A stretch of 59,925 nt of DNA, from the NCBI GenBank assembly GCA_018969385.1, contig JAGWYL010000003.1, forward strand, positions 1 through 59,925, written 5' to 3'. The notes beneath the pieces were generated by a model, which saw nothing but the letters and a program-made list of their open reading frames with translations, searched no databases and was not told where the DNA came from. A program made the position numbers and the translations under genes. This DNA is from Patescibacteria group bacterium (GTDB lineage Bacteria > Patescibacteriota > Minisyncoccia > Phycocordibacterales > Phycocordibacteraceae). Of the stretch, positions 26,784 to 36,896 are shown in pieces. Within the stretch, counting starts at the first letter, position 1. The number at the start of each line of letters is the position of its first letter.

Positions 26784-27737
26784 CTAATCCGCCTTGAGCG
26801 AAAGACCGAGCCCGGCAAGCGCCGCCTCGATTTCCGTTATGGCCTTGTCGCCGATGCCATCCAGTTCCTTAAGCGCACTTGCGGTCTTGCGCGCAAGGCC
26901 CGCTGCGGACTTGATGCCCGCCTCCTCGAGTGCCGTCGTGACGCGCGTCGAAAGGCCGAGCTCCGAGACCTTCGCCTTTCCGCCGGCGGCGGAACCGCTC
27001 TCGACGGAAGCGGATTCAGAGGCGCTCGCCTCCGCTTCCGTCTCCGGCTCCTCCTGGAAGCCGATGATGGACTTGAGCTGATTTATCATTATCTCGATGG
27101 AACGCTCGAGCGCCTCATGCGGCTTCACCGTGCCGTTCGTCTCGATGAGGATGCGGAGGCGGTTGAAGTCCGTGCGGTCGCCGACGCGCATGTTCTCCAC
27201 TTCGTAGTTTACGCGGCGGATAGGCGTGAACGTCGCATCGAGCGCGATGGTGCCGATGTCTACCTTGTCGCGGGTGAGCACCTCGCGCGGCACGTAGCCG
27301 AGGCCGCGCTCGACGGTCGCTTCGAGTTCGAAGTCCACCTTGCCCGAAATGTCCGCGATGTGCTGGTCCGGGTTGGCTATCTCTACCTGCGAAGGCAGCG
27401 TGAAGTCCTTCGCGGTGACCGTCTTCGGGCTCTTCACGGAAAGACGGATGGTCTGCGCATCATCGCCGTGAAGGACGAAGTGGATGCGCTTCAGGTTAAG
27501 CAGGATTTCCATGACGCTCTCGCGGACGCCCTCGATGGTGGCGTATTCGTGCGGGACGTTCTCTATCTTCACGGACGTGATGGCCGCGCCTGGAAGCGAG
27601 GAAAGGATGATGCGGCGGAGGCTGTTGCCGAGCGTGTGGCCGTACCCGGGGTACAGGGAGTCTATCTCGTAGGTGCCGACCATCTCCTCTTCGGAAACGA
27701 TGCGGGGCTTACTCGGGAGCGTGACGTGGTATTCCAT
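26784..27737 (-). CDS. rpoA: RNA polymerase alpha subunit
   Basis: GYGHTLGNSLRRIILSSLPG, IALDATFTPIRRVNY, alpha-CTD. Confidence 0.98.
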   Translation of the reverse strand: MEYHVTLPSKPRIVSEEEMVGTYEIDSLYPGYGHTLGNSLRRIILSSLPGAAITSVKIENVPHEYATIEGVRESVMEILLNLKRIHFVLHGDDAQTIRLSVKSPKTVTAKDFTLPSQVEIANPDQHIADISGKVDFELEATVERGLGYVPREVLTRDKVDIGTIALDATFTPIRRVNYEVENMRVGDRTDFNRLRILIETNGTVKPHEALERSIEIMINQLKSIIGFQEEPETEAEASASESASVESGSAAGGKAKVSELGLSTRVTTALEEAGIKSAAGLARKTASALKELDGIGDKAITEIEAALAGLGLSLKAD

Positions 27738-27768
27738 AACTCAATCGATTACCGGCGTGTAAATAAGG

Positions 27769-28377
27769 CTAGCGGCTGTAGAACGAGAGCACGGCACTCA
27801 TGTCTCCCGCGGGGTCCGCGGAGAGAAGCGTCGGCAGGGTCGAAACTTCGCCTTGCATGTCCTTCGGACTCCACGAGAGCCACGACGGAAGCGGACGCTC
27901 CGCGAAGCGTTCCGCGAACCCTTCGAACCCCTTGTGGGCCCTGCTCCCGTCGCGCACCGCGATGCGGTCGCCGACGGAAACCATGTGCGAAGGCACGCGG
28001 ATCTTCTTGCCGTTCACCGTGATGTGCCCGTGCGCGACCATCTGGCGCGCGCCCCGGCGGGTCGGCGAAAGGCCGAGCCGCCAGATGATGTTGTCGAGAC
28101 GCATCTCGAGCGTCCGGTGCAGGAGCTCCGCGGGGTTCGCGCCGTGCTTCGCCATGACTTCCTTCACGTAGCGCGCGAACTGCCGTTCCGGAACGCCGTA
28201 GGTGATGCGGACCTTCTGCTTCTCGAGCATCTGCTTCCCGTACTCGGACGGACCGCGGCCGCGGCGCTTCACGCGTCCGCCGCGCGCTTCGGAAAGCGCG
28301 AACTTCTGCGTCTGCGCCTTTTCGAAGACGCTTGCGCCGAGGCGCTTCGCTATCTTGTATCGGGGTCCGGTTTTCAT
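27769..28377 (-). CDS. rpsD: 30S ribosomal protein S4
   Basis: GPRYKIAKR, SEYGKQMLEKQK, EMRLDN, ARQMVAHGH. Confidence 0.98.
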   Translation of the reverse strand: MKTGPRYKIAKRLGASVFEKAQTQKFALSEARGGRVKRRGRGPSEYGKQMLEKQKVRITYGVPERQFARYVKEVMAKHGANPAELLHRTLEMRLDNIIWRLGLSPTRRGARQMVAHGHITVNGKKIRVPSHMVSVGDRIAVRDGSRAHKGFEGFAERFAERPLPSWLSWSPKDMQGEVSTLPTLLSADPAGDMSAVLSFYSR

Positions 28378-28413
28378 GAAGAATGGATGAGAAGCTTATC
28401 GATGGATCAAATG

Positions 28414-28848
28414 CTACACGCGGCGCGGCTTCGGCGGACGCGGGCCGTTATGCGGGACAGGCGTCGCATCCTTGATGCTGCGTATCTGCACGCCCTTGCC
28501 CGCGAACGCGCGAAGCGCGCTCTCGCGGCCGGCGCCGATGCCGCGGATGATGACATCGGCTTCCTTGAGGCCGATCTGCATGCCCTTCTCGCCGAGGAGC
28601 TCGCCCACCTTCGCCGCCGCATACGGCGTGGACTTGCGCGCGCCGGAGAAGCCGAGCGAACCCGCGGAAGAGGACATGACCGCATTGCCCTTCTCGTCCG
28701 TGAGGACCGCCTTCGTATTGTTGAAGGTGGCTTCCACGTGCAGGATGCCGCGCTCGAGGCGGCGCTTCGATGACTTCGAGAGCGCGCGCTCCTTGCGCCC
28801 CTGGTCGAGGCCGCGTCCGGATTTCTTGATGATTCGTTTCTTTCCCAT
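28414..28848 (-). CDS. rpsK: 30S ribosomal protein S11
   Basis: ATFNNT, RKSTPYAA, TPVPHNGPRP. Confidence 0.98.
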   Translation of the reverse strand: MGKKRIIKKSGRGLDQGRKERALSKSSKRRLERGILHVEATFNNTKAVLTDEKGNAVMSSSAGSLGFSGARKSTPYAAAKVGELLGEKGMQIGLKEADVIIRGIGAGRESALRAFAGKGVQIRSIKDATPVPHNGPRPPKPRRV

Positions 28849-28872
28849 GGTGATGAATGATTAGGGTACGGC

Positions 28873-29253
28873 CTACGTCTTCTCGAGCGTACGGCGGCCG
28901 GAACCCATCGTCTTGCGCACGTTTCCGCGGACGGTGCGCGAATTCGTCTTCGTGCGGCCCCCGCGCACCGGGAGGTGGCGCTCATGGCGCATGCCGCGCG
29001 CCGAGCGGATGTCCTTCAAGCGCTTGATGTCCTGGCCGATCTCGCGGCGGAGCTCTCCTTCGATGGTGTAGCCCTCGCAGAGCTCGCGCACGGTCCGTTC
29101 CTCTTCCGTCGAGAGGTCCTTGCCCTTCTTGGAAAACGCTATGCCCGCTTTGGTGAGGATATCCTTAGCGCGTGCGGGACCGATGCCGTAGATGAGCGGC
29201 AGCGTGTAGGACAGCTGTTTGTCGTCGGGAAGGGTGACACCTGCGATACGCAT
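28873..29253 (-). CDS. rpsM: 30S ribosomal protein S13
   Basis: MRIAGV, IYGIG, LPVRGGRTKTNSRT. Confidence 0.98.
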   Translation of the reverse strand: MRIAGVTLPDDKQLSYTLPLIYGIGPARAKDILTKAGIAFSKKGKDLSTEEERTVRELCEGYTIEGELRREIGQDIKRLKDIRSARGMRHERHLPVRGGRTKTNSRTVRGNVRKTMGSGRRTLEKT

Positions 29254-29285
29254 AGATACGGGTAGGATTAACGTACGTAAACGAT

Positions 29286-29402
29286 TCAGCCCTGGCGCGC
29301 CTTCCGGCGCGGATTGCGCTTATTGATACGATACAGGCGCCCGCCGCGGCGGACTATCTGATCTCCAGGCTGCTGTTTCTTGATTGAAGCGCGCACTTTC
29401 AT
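29286..29402 (-). CDS. rpmJ: 50S ribosomal protein L36, cysteine-free type (missing from the ORF track)
   Basis: Manual translation [38 protein letters not shown], between infA and rpsM. Confidence 0.95.
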   Translation of the reverse strand: MKVRASIKKQQPGDQIVRRGGRLYRINKRNPRRKARQG

Positions 29403-29436
29403 GACTGCGGTACGAGATTGAAAACTTTATAAAGCC

Positions 29437-29655
29437 TTAAGTCAGGCGGCGCACTATCCTCGCCCGACCGCCGTACGGATCCTCGATAAGCTCGACTTGG
29501 TCGCCCATGAGAACGCGTATGCGATGCAAACGCATCCTCCCCGCCAGGTACGCTAGTACCAGTTCGTCGGAAGGCATACGGACACGGAAAAGCTGGTTAG
29601 GCAACACCTCTTCGACAGTTCCAACTGCCGTTTCTTTAGCCTCTTTTTCTTCCAT
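29437..29655 (-). CDS. infA: Translation initiation factor IF-1
   Basis: GTVEEVLPNQLFRV, AYLAGRMR, IRVLMGDQV. Confidence 0.96.
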   Translation of the reverse strand: MEEKEAKETAVGTVEEVLPNQLFRVRMPSDELVLAYLAGRMRLHRIRVLMGDQVELIEDPYGGRARIVRRLT

Positions 29656-29710
29656 GTGACGCGTTATGCATCTTAACAGGACTGCTTATGCGAGTCAATG
29701 CGCACCCCGG

Positions 29711-30922
29711 TCAGGAGGGGCTGTTGACCACCACCGTGATGCCTTTCGGGTCCGCGGGGAAGGTTCCGGACCAGAAGGGGCGCAGGACGATGAGGGCCTT
29801 TTTCACCTCCGGGAAGCCGGACAGCACCACCTGCGCCGCGTCGCGGGTCTTCCCAGCGACCGCGCTCGCGATCTTACCCGGATCGACCGTCCACACGATG
29901 GTTACGTTCCCGGAGAGGGAGAACGAGACGGAGGTCGCGTCCGCATTGGGGGCACTTCCCGAAGGCTTGAGCGTGAGCCCGCTCGTGCCGGTAAGCGTCA
30001 CCGGTTCCCCGTGATAGGCGGCGCCGAGCACCTGGGCCGACACCGCGGACGCGAGAGCGGATTCAGGAAAGACAATCGCGAGCGCGCTTCCCTTCTCCTT
30101 CACGTCAACATTGCCCGTGGCGCTCGATGCCGCGGGCGGTAGTGCGGTGTAGGTCTCGAAGTCCGCGCCGGGCAGGAGGATGTATCCCGGAGGAACATCC
30201 GCGGCAAGCGCGGTCTTGAGGTCCCCTCCGAGCGTGGTCGTGAGGGCCGCTTCCGTCTTTGCAGCGGTCGCCGCATCGACCTTCGGACGCGTGCCGGAGA
30301 AGCCGCCCGCCATCGGTGCGGTCGACTTCGCGTACACTTTCGTGAACTCCGACGTGCCGGCGAATCCGGGGACCGTAAAGGAAGTCGCACCGATATTATA
30401 GGAGTCGCCGGTCTTGTCCGCATAGACCATCGCGGACACGGTTCCGGGAGTTCCGCCCTTGGCGGCAGGAACGGTGATGGCGGCGTGGATGCGGTACACG
30501 AGCCCGCTCGTGCTCTCGAAACGCGTCTTCGCGACGAGCGGCTGCGCCTTCGTCTGCTCGTTGTAGACCGTAATCATGCCGGAGGCGGCAGTATCGACCG
30601 TCTCGCTTCCGGTGCTCGGCACGGTCTGCGTCGCGAGCTTCTCAACCGAGATGAATTCGAACGGCAGCGAAGAGGTCGAGGTCATGGCGGTGAAAGTGCC
30701 GTTCACGAGCACCGAATCGGTGGTCGGGTCTACCTCGATGCGCGCGCCGGAGAAGAAGTAGAGGACGCCCACGGACACTCCGATGACCGCGATGACGATG
30801 ATAACGAGCAGATACGGGAAGCGTCGCTCGCTCCGCGGCGGAGGCGACGTAAGCGGTTCTCCCGCGTCTTCCTGCGGTCTCACGCGTCTTGAAGGAGGGA
30901 TGATGTCGTCAAAAGTGCGCAT
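29711..30922 (-). CDS. Membrane-anchored hypothetical protein (resembles the baseplate-J-like proteins annotated in Parcubacteria)
   Basis: One N-terminal TM helix and a beta-rich extracellular part (ASGMITVYN, VYADKTGDSYNI). Family from recollection only. Confidence 0.6.
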   Translation of the reverse strand: MRTFDDIIPPSRRVRPQEDAGEPLTSPPPRSERRFPYLLVIIVIAVIGVSVGVLYFFSGARIEVDPTTDSVLVNGTFTAMTSTSSLPFEFISVEKLATQTVPSTGSETVDTAASGMITVYNEQTKAQPLVAKTRFESTSGLVYRIHAAITVPAAKGGTPGTVSAMVYADKTGDSYNIGATSFTVPGFAGTSEFTKVYAKSTAPMAGGFSGTRPKVDAATAAKTEAALTTTLGGDLKTALAADVPPGYILLPGADFETYTALPPAASSATGNVDVKEKGSALAIVFPESALASAVSAQVLGAAYHGEPVTLTGTSGLTLKPSGSAPNADATSVSFSLSGNVTIVWTVDPGKIASAVAGKTRDAAQVVLSGFPEVKKALIVLRPFWSGTFPADPKGITVVVNSPS

Positions 30923-31041
30923 GCGGGTATCATTAGGCGGAATGCGTGCAGTATACCGCTTCCTAGGCGGGGCGGATACCGCTTTCTGTGCATTACCCGG
31001 TACCCAGCTGAAAATCCCCTTCGGCGATTGTCGTTCGTGCC

Positions 31042-32208
31042 TTAGCGGACGCTTACCTGTTCGGTGCTCTTGTTCGCGAAAAGCGCGAGCATGGAGAGGA
31101 ATTCGTCAGCGTGCGCCTCGCCGCGCGTGTGAATGTAGGGTGCGAGCTGTTCCGGAGCGACCGGTATGACGGAAAAGGGCTCGTCGGAAAGCCGCAGTTC
31201 CGGGAGCGGCGTCTCGACGATGAGGCGCTGCATGAACGGCCGGACATCCGCGTCGGAAAGGAGGAATACCACGCGCGGCAACGGGAAGCGGGACGCGAAA
31301 TCCGCGAGCGTCTCACGGAACCGCGTACGCCAAGTCTCGCGCGCTTCGCCAAGACGCGTGTCGTCGACGCGCGTGGCAACCGCATCATCGGCAAGCCGCC
31401 GCATGTCCGGCAGCGCGCCCGCCTCCCCGGCGCCGGCGTGCGCATGCGCGAGACGCAAAAGGTCGTTGAGGCCGCAGGAGCACGTCGCTACGTCGACCAG
31501 TATGCCGCGCTTCACGAGGCTCACGGCCGTGGCCTCTCCCGTAACGTCGACGATGAGGTAGTCGCGCTCATGCGGGTACACGTCGCGGAATACGGTGTAA
31601 GCGACGAACGGGAACCCCACGACGCGCATGGATTTGCGGTTATAGGCGCGTGCGATAGCGCCCTTTATCGCGAGCGCGGCCTGCTCAAGAAGCGTCGTGG
31701 TGAGCACGACAAGTTCTGCACGCGTCGCGCGCTTGCCGAAGGGCTCGTTCGTCTCGTATCCGTTCAAGAGCGTCGCGATGACCGCATGATCGGTAAGCAC
31801 CCTCCCGGGCTCGAGACGAGCTTCCTCCTTGCCGAAGGTCTCGGAAATCAGCGCATGAGAGAAGGTGAACGCGGACTTGCGCTCGACTATCCTGACGTCG
31901 ATATCGGTCTTCTCCCACGGAGCGGCAACGGAAACGAGTATGTCGTCAACCGCCCCGGAACCGGTTCCGCGCGCGAGCGCGGCGGCGCCTTCGCGGGTCA
32001 AGCGGCCGAGCAGGTCCGAAAGCGCGCGCTCGAGGTCCGAAAGCAGGAGCGAGTCCTCGCGCATGCGTATCTCTTCCCGCGCGGTATAGAGTATGACCGG
32101 CATGTCGTCATCCGCGAATGCGGCATACGCGCCGCCGACGGATGCGGAACCGATGTCGATGAGCGCGAGCGTCCGACGCTTCTTGCGGAAGAGACTGCCG
32201 AAGTGCAT
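31042..32208 (-). CDS. Hypothetical protein with FtsA/PilM-like actin-fold motifs
   Basis: LIDIGSASVGG and LIVDVTGEAT phosphate-loop-like motifs; start MHFGSLF. Confidence 0.6.
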   Translation of the reverse strand: MHFGSLFRKKRRTLALIDIGSASVGGAYAAFADDDMPVILYTAREEIRMREDSLLLSDLERALSDLLGRLTREGAAALARGTGSGAVDDILVSVAAPWEKTDIDVRIVERKSAFTFSHALISETFGKEEARLEPGRVLTDHAVIATLLNGYETNEPFGKRATRAELVVLTTTLLEQAALAIKGAIARAYNRKSMRVVGFPFVAYTVFRDVYPHERDYLIVDVTGEATAVSLVKRGILVDVATCSCGLNDLLRLAHAHAGAGEAGALPDMRRLADDAVATRVDDTRLGEARETWRTRFRETLADFASRFPLPRVVFLLSDADVRPFMQRLIVETPLPELRLSDEPFSVIPVAPEQLAPYIHTRGEAHADEFLSMLALFANKSTEQVSVR

Positions 32209-32260
32209 GGGCTGATTATACGATACGCCCGTGCGCTTCCTAATGCTCCGCGCGCATCCT

Positions 32261-34195
32261 TTACGGCGCGGCGAGTACCGCTTTGATTCGGCGGACGCCG
32301 GCAGAGGAAGCTTCCTCCTTCTGGATCTTGAAGCGCTTTCCGCCTTCTCCGAGTTCCGCGGTGTTCGCGACATGCGGCCCGCCGCAGAACTCGATGGAGA
32401 ACGCGTCGGCAAACTTCGGATCGGCATCTGAAGCGTCTTTGGGGCCGACGGAATATACGCTCACCTGTTCCGGATATGTGGCGCCGAATTCGTGCTCCGC
32501 GCCGAGCTTCTCCGCATCTTCCTTTCTCATGACGGTGCGGGTCACCGGGAGCGCCTCGCCTATCTTCTCGTTCACGATGCGCTCGACCTCCCTCTTCTGC
32601 TCGTCCGTCAGCTTCGTGCCGTAGTTGAAATCGATACGGAGGCGCTCGCTCGTGATGTTGCTTCCGCGCTGATGCACCTCCGGCCCGAGTACCATCTGGA
32701 GCGCCTTTAGCAGGATGTGATGCGCGGTGTGATAGCGGATGGTTTCAGCCTGGTGGTCCGCAAGCCCGCCCGCGAACTTCTGCGCGGCGCCGGCACGGGA
32801 TTCCTCTCGGTGCTTCTTCATCAGGCCTTCATACAAGTCGAGTTCCTGGTCGCTCATTGTTATGCCGTGTTCTTCCGCGATTTCGCGCGTAAGTTCCAAA
32901 GGGAAACCGTATGTAGTGAATAGAACAAACGCATACGACCCAAGTATTTGCTTATATTTTTCGAGCTGCCGTTCTAGTTCACGCATGCCGTTCGCGAGCG
33001 TCTTCCGGAACTGCGCCTCTTCCTTCGCAAGCTCGTCACGGATGAAATCATGATTCGCCTTCACGAACGGATACTGGTCCGCATAGGCGTCTCCGTAGCC
33101 CTCAGCGACTTCGGGAAGCACAGTATCCTTGATGCCGAGCTTGTCCGCCTCGCGGATGCTTCGGCGGATGAGGCGGCGCAGCACATAACCCTGTTCGCTG
33201 TTCGCGGGCGTGATGCCGCTAGCAAGCATGAAGGACGCGGCGCGCATGTGGTCGAGGACGATGCGGAACGAACGGGTCGTCGCGGCGTCTGTGCCGTACC
33301 CCGTGCCGGAGCGCTCTGTGATGACATTCCGCGCCGCATCGAAGACATCTATGAGGAAGACATCCGGATCGCCGTGCGTCGCAGCCGCGAGCCGCTCAAG
33401 CCCGCCGCCGAAGTCGACGTTCCGCTTCGGAAGCTCGCCGAAGGAATCATCGCTCTTCTTTATGAATTGCATGAACACCGAGTTGCCTATCTCGATGAAG
33501 CGGCCGCAATCGCAGTTCGGATGACACTCGCGGCCGAAGCGCGGGTCGTGCGGCACACCGAAGTCGTAGAAGACTTCCGAGTCCGGTCCGCCGATTTCGC
33601 CCGAGGGCATCTTGCTCGGCGTGCCCGCGCGGCTCCACCAGTTCTTCTTGGCACCGTAGGCGAAGATGCGGCCGCCCTGCATGCCGAGCTCGCCGCCGCG
33701 CTCCTCGGTATCGAGCGCTACGAATGCAGCGTTAATTCCCTCTTTCGCAAACAGCTCTTTCCAGATCCCTACGGACTCGTCGTCTGCCGGCATGCCCGCT
33801 TCCTTATCGCCAGAGAAAACGGTGACGTAGAGGTTCTTAGGGTCGAGCCCCAGCCCGCTCTTGCCGTCCGTGAGGAATTCGAAGAACCACGGCAGCTGCT
33901 CCGCTTTGAAATAATCGCCGAGGCTCCAGTTTCCGAGCATCTCGAAAAACGTGGTGTGGCGGTTATCGCCCACTTCTTCGATGTCGTCGGCGCGGAAACT
34001 CATCTGCGAATCGACGAGGCGCGTACCTTCCGGGTGCGCCTGTCCCATGAGATACGGCACCAGAGGCTGCATGCCCGAACTCGTGAAAAGGGTCGTCGGG
34101 TCGTTCTCCGGCACGACGGGCGCTGAGGGAATGACCGCGTGTCCGCGCGCTTTGAAGAAATCGAGATAGCGCTTGCGCACTTCTGAAACGTTCAT
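32261..34195 (-). CDS. alaS: Alanine--tRNA ligase, short form without C-Ala domain
   Basis: TLFTSSGMQP, HTTFFEMLGNWS, HTAHH and EFCGGPH editing motifs. Confidence 0.97.
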   Translation of the reverse strand: MNVSEVRKRYLDFFKARGHAVIPSAPVVPENDPTTLFTSSGMQPLVPYLMGQAHPEGTRLVDSQMSFRADDIEEVGDNRHTTFFEMLGNWSLGDYFKAEQLPWFFEFLTDGKSGLGLDPKNLYVTVFSGDKEAGMPADDESVGIWKELFAKEGINAAFVALDTEERGGELGMQGGRIFAYGAKKNWWSRAGTPSKMPSGEIGGPDSEVFYDFGVPHDPRFGRECHPNCDCGRFIEIGNSVFMQFIKKSDDSFGELPKRNVDFGGGLERLAAATHGDPDVFLIDVFDAARNVITERSGTGYGTDAATTRSFRIVLDHMRAASFMLASGITPANSEQGYVLRRLIRRSIREADKLGIKDTVLPEVAEGYGDAYADQYPFVKANHDFIRDELAKEEAQFRKTLANGMRELERQLEKYKQILGSYAFVLFTTYGFPLELTREIAEEHGITMSDQELDLYEGLMKKHREESRAGAAQKFAGGLADHQAETIRYHTAHHILLKALQMVLGPEVHQRGSNITSERLRIDFNYGTKLTDEQKREVERIVNEKIGEALPVTRTVMRKEDAEKLGAEHEFGATYPEQVSVYSVGPKDASDADPKFADAFSIEFCGGPHVANTAELGEGGKRFKIQKEEASSAGVRRIKAVLAAP

Positions 34196-34216
34196 TGCAT
34201 CGAAGATACCACGGCG

Positions 34217-35482
34217 CTATTTCTTAGGGAACGTGCCGGATGCCGCGAGCGACAGGCGTGAGAGCGGCACGAGGTCCGCCGCCTGGCGGATGTCCGCGAG
34301 CGATACCGCGCGGATGATATCGGGAAGCGCGTAGAGGTAGTCGAGCTCCCGCCCTTCGGTTCCGATGCGATGCAGGGCGCGCGCAAGGCCGCGCGACGTG
34401 GAGAGCGAGACGAGGTATGAGCCGGCGAGTTCCTCGTGCTTCCTCGCGAGCGCTTCCTCCGTGAGGCCGTTCACGAAGAACTCACGCACTTCGGCGCGAA
34501 GCTTGGCGAGCGACTCTTCGTACCGCTCCGGCGAGAACGTGGCCCACACCTTGAGACAGCCGTCCGCGCCGTCTTCGAATCCGCCGAGCCGCGCGTAGAC
34601 GCCGTAGGAAAGGCCGTCGCGCTCGCGGATAGTCTGCATGAGGTGCGACGTGACGCTTCCGCCGAGCATCTCGGCCAGCACGAAGGATGGGTGGAAAAGA
34701 GGGTCGGCAGTCGTGATGCCGAGCGTCGCGCCGAGGAACACGTCGACGTTCGCCTTGTCCCGCATCGGGATGAGCTTCACGTCAGCGTTCGGCATCTTGC
34801 GGTTCCGTATCTTGGGAACGCCCGCTTCGGTTCCCCGCTTGAGCCGCTTGAATGCCGCATCCGCAGCCGCCCTCGCCTCCTCAGGAACGAGGTCGCCAGT
34901 GATGGAAAGGACAAGACCGCCGGTGCCGAGCATCTTCCGGAACGCGAGAAGCTCGGGACGCCGTACCGAACGGACGCTGCGTTCGAACGCGTCGAGCGAG
35001 CCCGGATGATTCACATGAGCATCGTCATAGAGAAGATTCAAGAGCGCGCGTTCCGCCGCAGCGCGCGTGTCTGAACGCTCTTCGCGGATATTCCCTGCGG
35101 CGCGCGCCTTAGCGGCGCGCACTTCAGCCTCAGGAAAAGCCGCGAGCGTGAGGCTCTCGCTCGCCGCATGAAGCAGGAACGGGAGGTCTTCCGGAAAACA
35201 GCGTCCGGAAAAATACGTGCGGTCGCCGTCCGCAAAGAACGAGAGCTCCGCGGCGCGGTCCGAAAGCGCGCCGCGGAACGCATCCTTGCGCTTCTTGGTT
35301 GTTCCGGCATCGAGCAGTCCCGCCGCAAGAATCGGCAGCGCTTCCTTCGCGCGCGCGACATGATTCGGTCCGCCGAAGACGCTCCCCTCTACCGAGACCA
35401 CGTCAGGGGTGGGCAGCGCGGCTATGAACAGCCGGCCTCCCGCGAGTTCCGCTTCCGCTGCCTTGTGCGTGTCGCGCATCAT
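34217..35482 (-). CDS. M16 (insulinase) family non-catalytic subunit
   Basis: No HxxEH; IRERDGLSYGVYA; start overlaps the upstream stop (ATGA). Confidence 0.85.
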   Translation of the reverse strand: MMRDTHKAAEAELAGGRLFIAALPTPDVVSVEGSVFGGPNHVARAKEALPILAAGLLDAGTTKKRKDAFRGALSDRAAELSFFADGDRTYFSGRCFPEDLPFLLHAASESLTLAAFPEAEVRAAKARAAGNIREERSDTRAAAERALLNLLYDDAHVNHPGSLDAFERSVRSVRRPELLAFRKMLGTGGLVLSITGDLVPEEARAAADAAFKRLKRGTEAGVPKIRNRKMPNADVKLIPMRDKANVDVFLGATLGITTADPLFHPSFVLAEMLGGSVTSHLMQTIRERDGLSYGVYARLGGFEDGADGCLKVWATFSPERYEESLAKLRAEVREFFVNGLTEEALARKHEELAGSYLVSLSTSRGLARALHRIGTEGRELDYLYALPDIIRAVSLADIRQAADLVPLSRLSLAASGTFPKK

Positions 35483-36792
35483 GCCTGTGTCGAGACGAAC
35501 CAGCCCGCGGTCTGCGCGTCGTCCGTAAAGTACCGTTTCGCGACCTCGCGGATCTTCGCGGAGGTGACGGACGACAGCGCGCGCGGAAAGAGCGTGAAGC
35601 GCGTCCAGTCTCCAGCAGCTATCTCTTCGTTCATCGCGGAGAGGAACGCGTACGGGCCGTCCCGACGCGCCGCTATCGCCGCGCGCACGTTCTTCTTCGC
35701 GCGCGTAAGCTCCGCGGGCTCGACGCCCTTCGCGGCGATGCGCGCGTACTCGTGCTTCACGAGCAGCTCCGCCTTCGCGTGCGCGGTGCGCGGCGAGAGC
35801 GTCACGTACGTCGTGAACAGGGACGGGTCGTGGAACTGATAGCACATGGCGGTCACGGACGTGGCGAGTGCGGTGTCCACGAGCGACCGGTAGAGCCTGC
35901 TCGTCTTGCCGTCCGAAAGTATGAGCGAAAGCAGTACGAGCGCCGGCATGTCCGGGTGCGTCGCCTGGGGAATCTTGTGCGCGAGCGCCATCATGTCCGC
36001 GCCGCCCGCGCGCGTGAGCGTCACGCGCCGCTCGCCCTCCTGCTTCGGCTCGACGGTGTAGAGCGCGGGAATCGGGTGAGGCGCTTTCGGGTGCGCGCCG
36101 AACTGTTCGGCGATGTGCGCGAGGGTTTCCGCTTCGTCGAAACCGCCCGCAACGGTTACGGTGGCATTGTCCGGCCAGTAGAAGTCGTCATAGAACGCCT
36201 TCAAACGCTCGATAGGCACGTTCTCTATGTCGCTCCGCCACCCTATCGTGGAGTGGTGGTACGGGTGCGCCTCGTACGCGAGCGCCCAAAGCTGCTTGTC
36301 GAGCGCCTCGAACGGCTGGTTCTCTCCGCGCTCATACTCGTTCCGCACCACCGGCATCTCCGAGACGCGGTCTTCTTCGCGGATGCGCGCGCGGCGCATG
36401 CGGTCCGCTTCGAACGAGATAGCGGTCGGCAAAAGTTCCCGCGGCAGCACTTCGAAATAGTTCGTCCGGTCCGTCCACGTCGTCGCGTTCACCAAGGCGC
36501 CCTTCGCCTCGAGCAGGTTCCAGAGGTCATTCCCCTTCTCGCGATTGTAATTCTCCGAACCCTTGAACATGAGGTGTTCGAGGAGATGCGTAGCGCCGGT
36601 GTAACCGAGCGCTTCGTTCCGAGAGCCGACGCGATACGTGACCATGAATCCCGCGACGGGCGAATCGGGATGCGGCGCGAGCAGTATCGTGAGGCCGTTC
36701 CCCTCGAGTCGGTATTCGTGTATGCCTTCCTGTTCGCGGACGAACGTGGTGCCGGGAACATAGGGCGGAGCAAAGACGTGCGTGCGCGGCAT
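35479..36792 (-). CDS. M16 zinc peptidase catalytic subunit
   Basis: HLLEHLMFKGS, NATTWTDRTNY, FYDDFYWPDNA. Confidence 0.92.
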   Translation of the reverse strand: MPRTHVFAPPYVPGTTFVREQEGIHEYRLEGNGLTILLAPHPDSPVAGFMVTYRVGSRNEALGYTGATHLLEHLMFKGSENYNREKGNDLWNLLEAKGALVNATTWTDRTNYFEVLPRELLPTAISFEADRMRRARIREEDRVSEMPVVRNEYERGENQPFEALDKQLWALAYEAHPYHHSTIGWRSDIENVPIERLKAFYDDFYWPDNATVTVAGGFDEAETLAHIAEQFGAHPKAPHPIPALYTVEPKQEGERRVTLTRAGGADMMALAHKIPQATHPDMPALVLLSLILSDGKTSRLYRSLVDTALATSVTAMCYQFHDPSLFTTYVTLSPRTAHAKAELLVKHEYARIAAKGVEPAELTRAKKNVRAAIAARRDGPYAFLSAMNEEIAAGDWTRFTLFPRALSSVTSAKIREVAKRYFTDDAQTAGWFVSTQA

Positions 36793-36896
36793 CGGTGCAG
36801 GATACCAAGCGCGCGGACCCCCGGCAATTCGGCGGCGCGGGCGAGCACTCCAAAAGCCGTGCAGACCAAGCGCGAAGCGGTCTTGAATCCGACGCG

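Noticed and set aside
29711-32208. Baseplate-J-like gene as a prophage or contractile injection system
   Set aside because: No other structural phage genes; backbone composition and position between alaS and infA suggest a housekeeping pair.
32261-34195. AlaRS without the C-Ala domain
   Set aside because: To my knowledge common in reduced genomes including CPR; not a pseudogene, since catalytic and editing motifs are intact.
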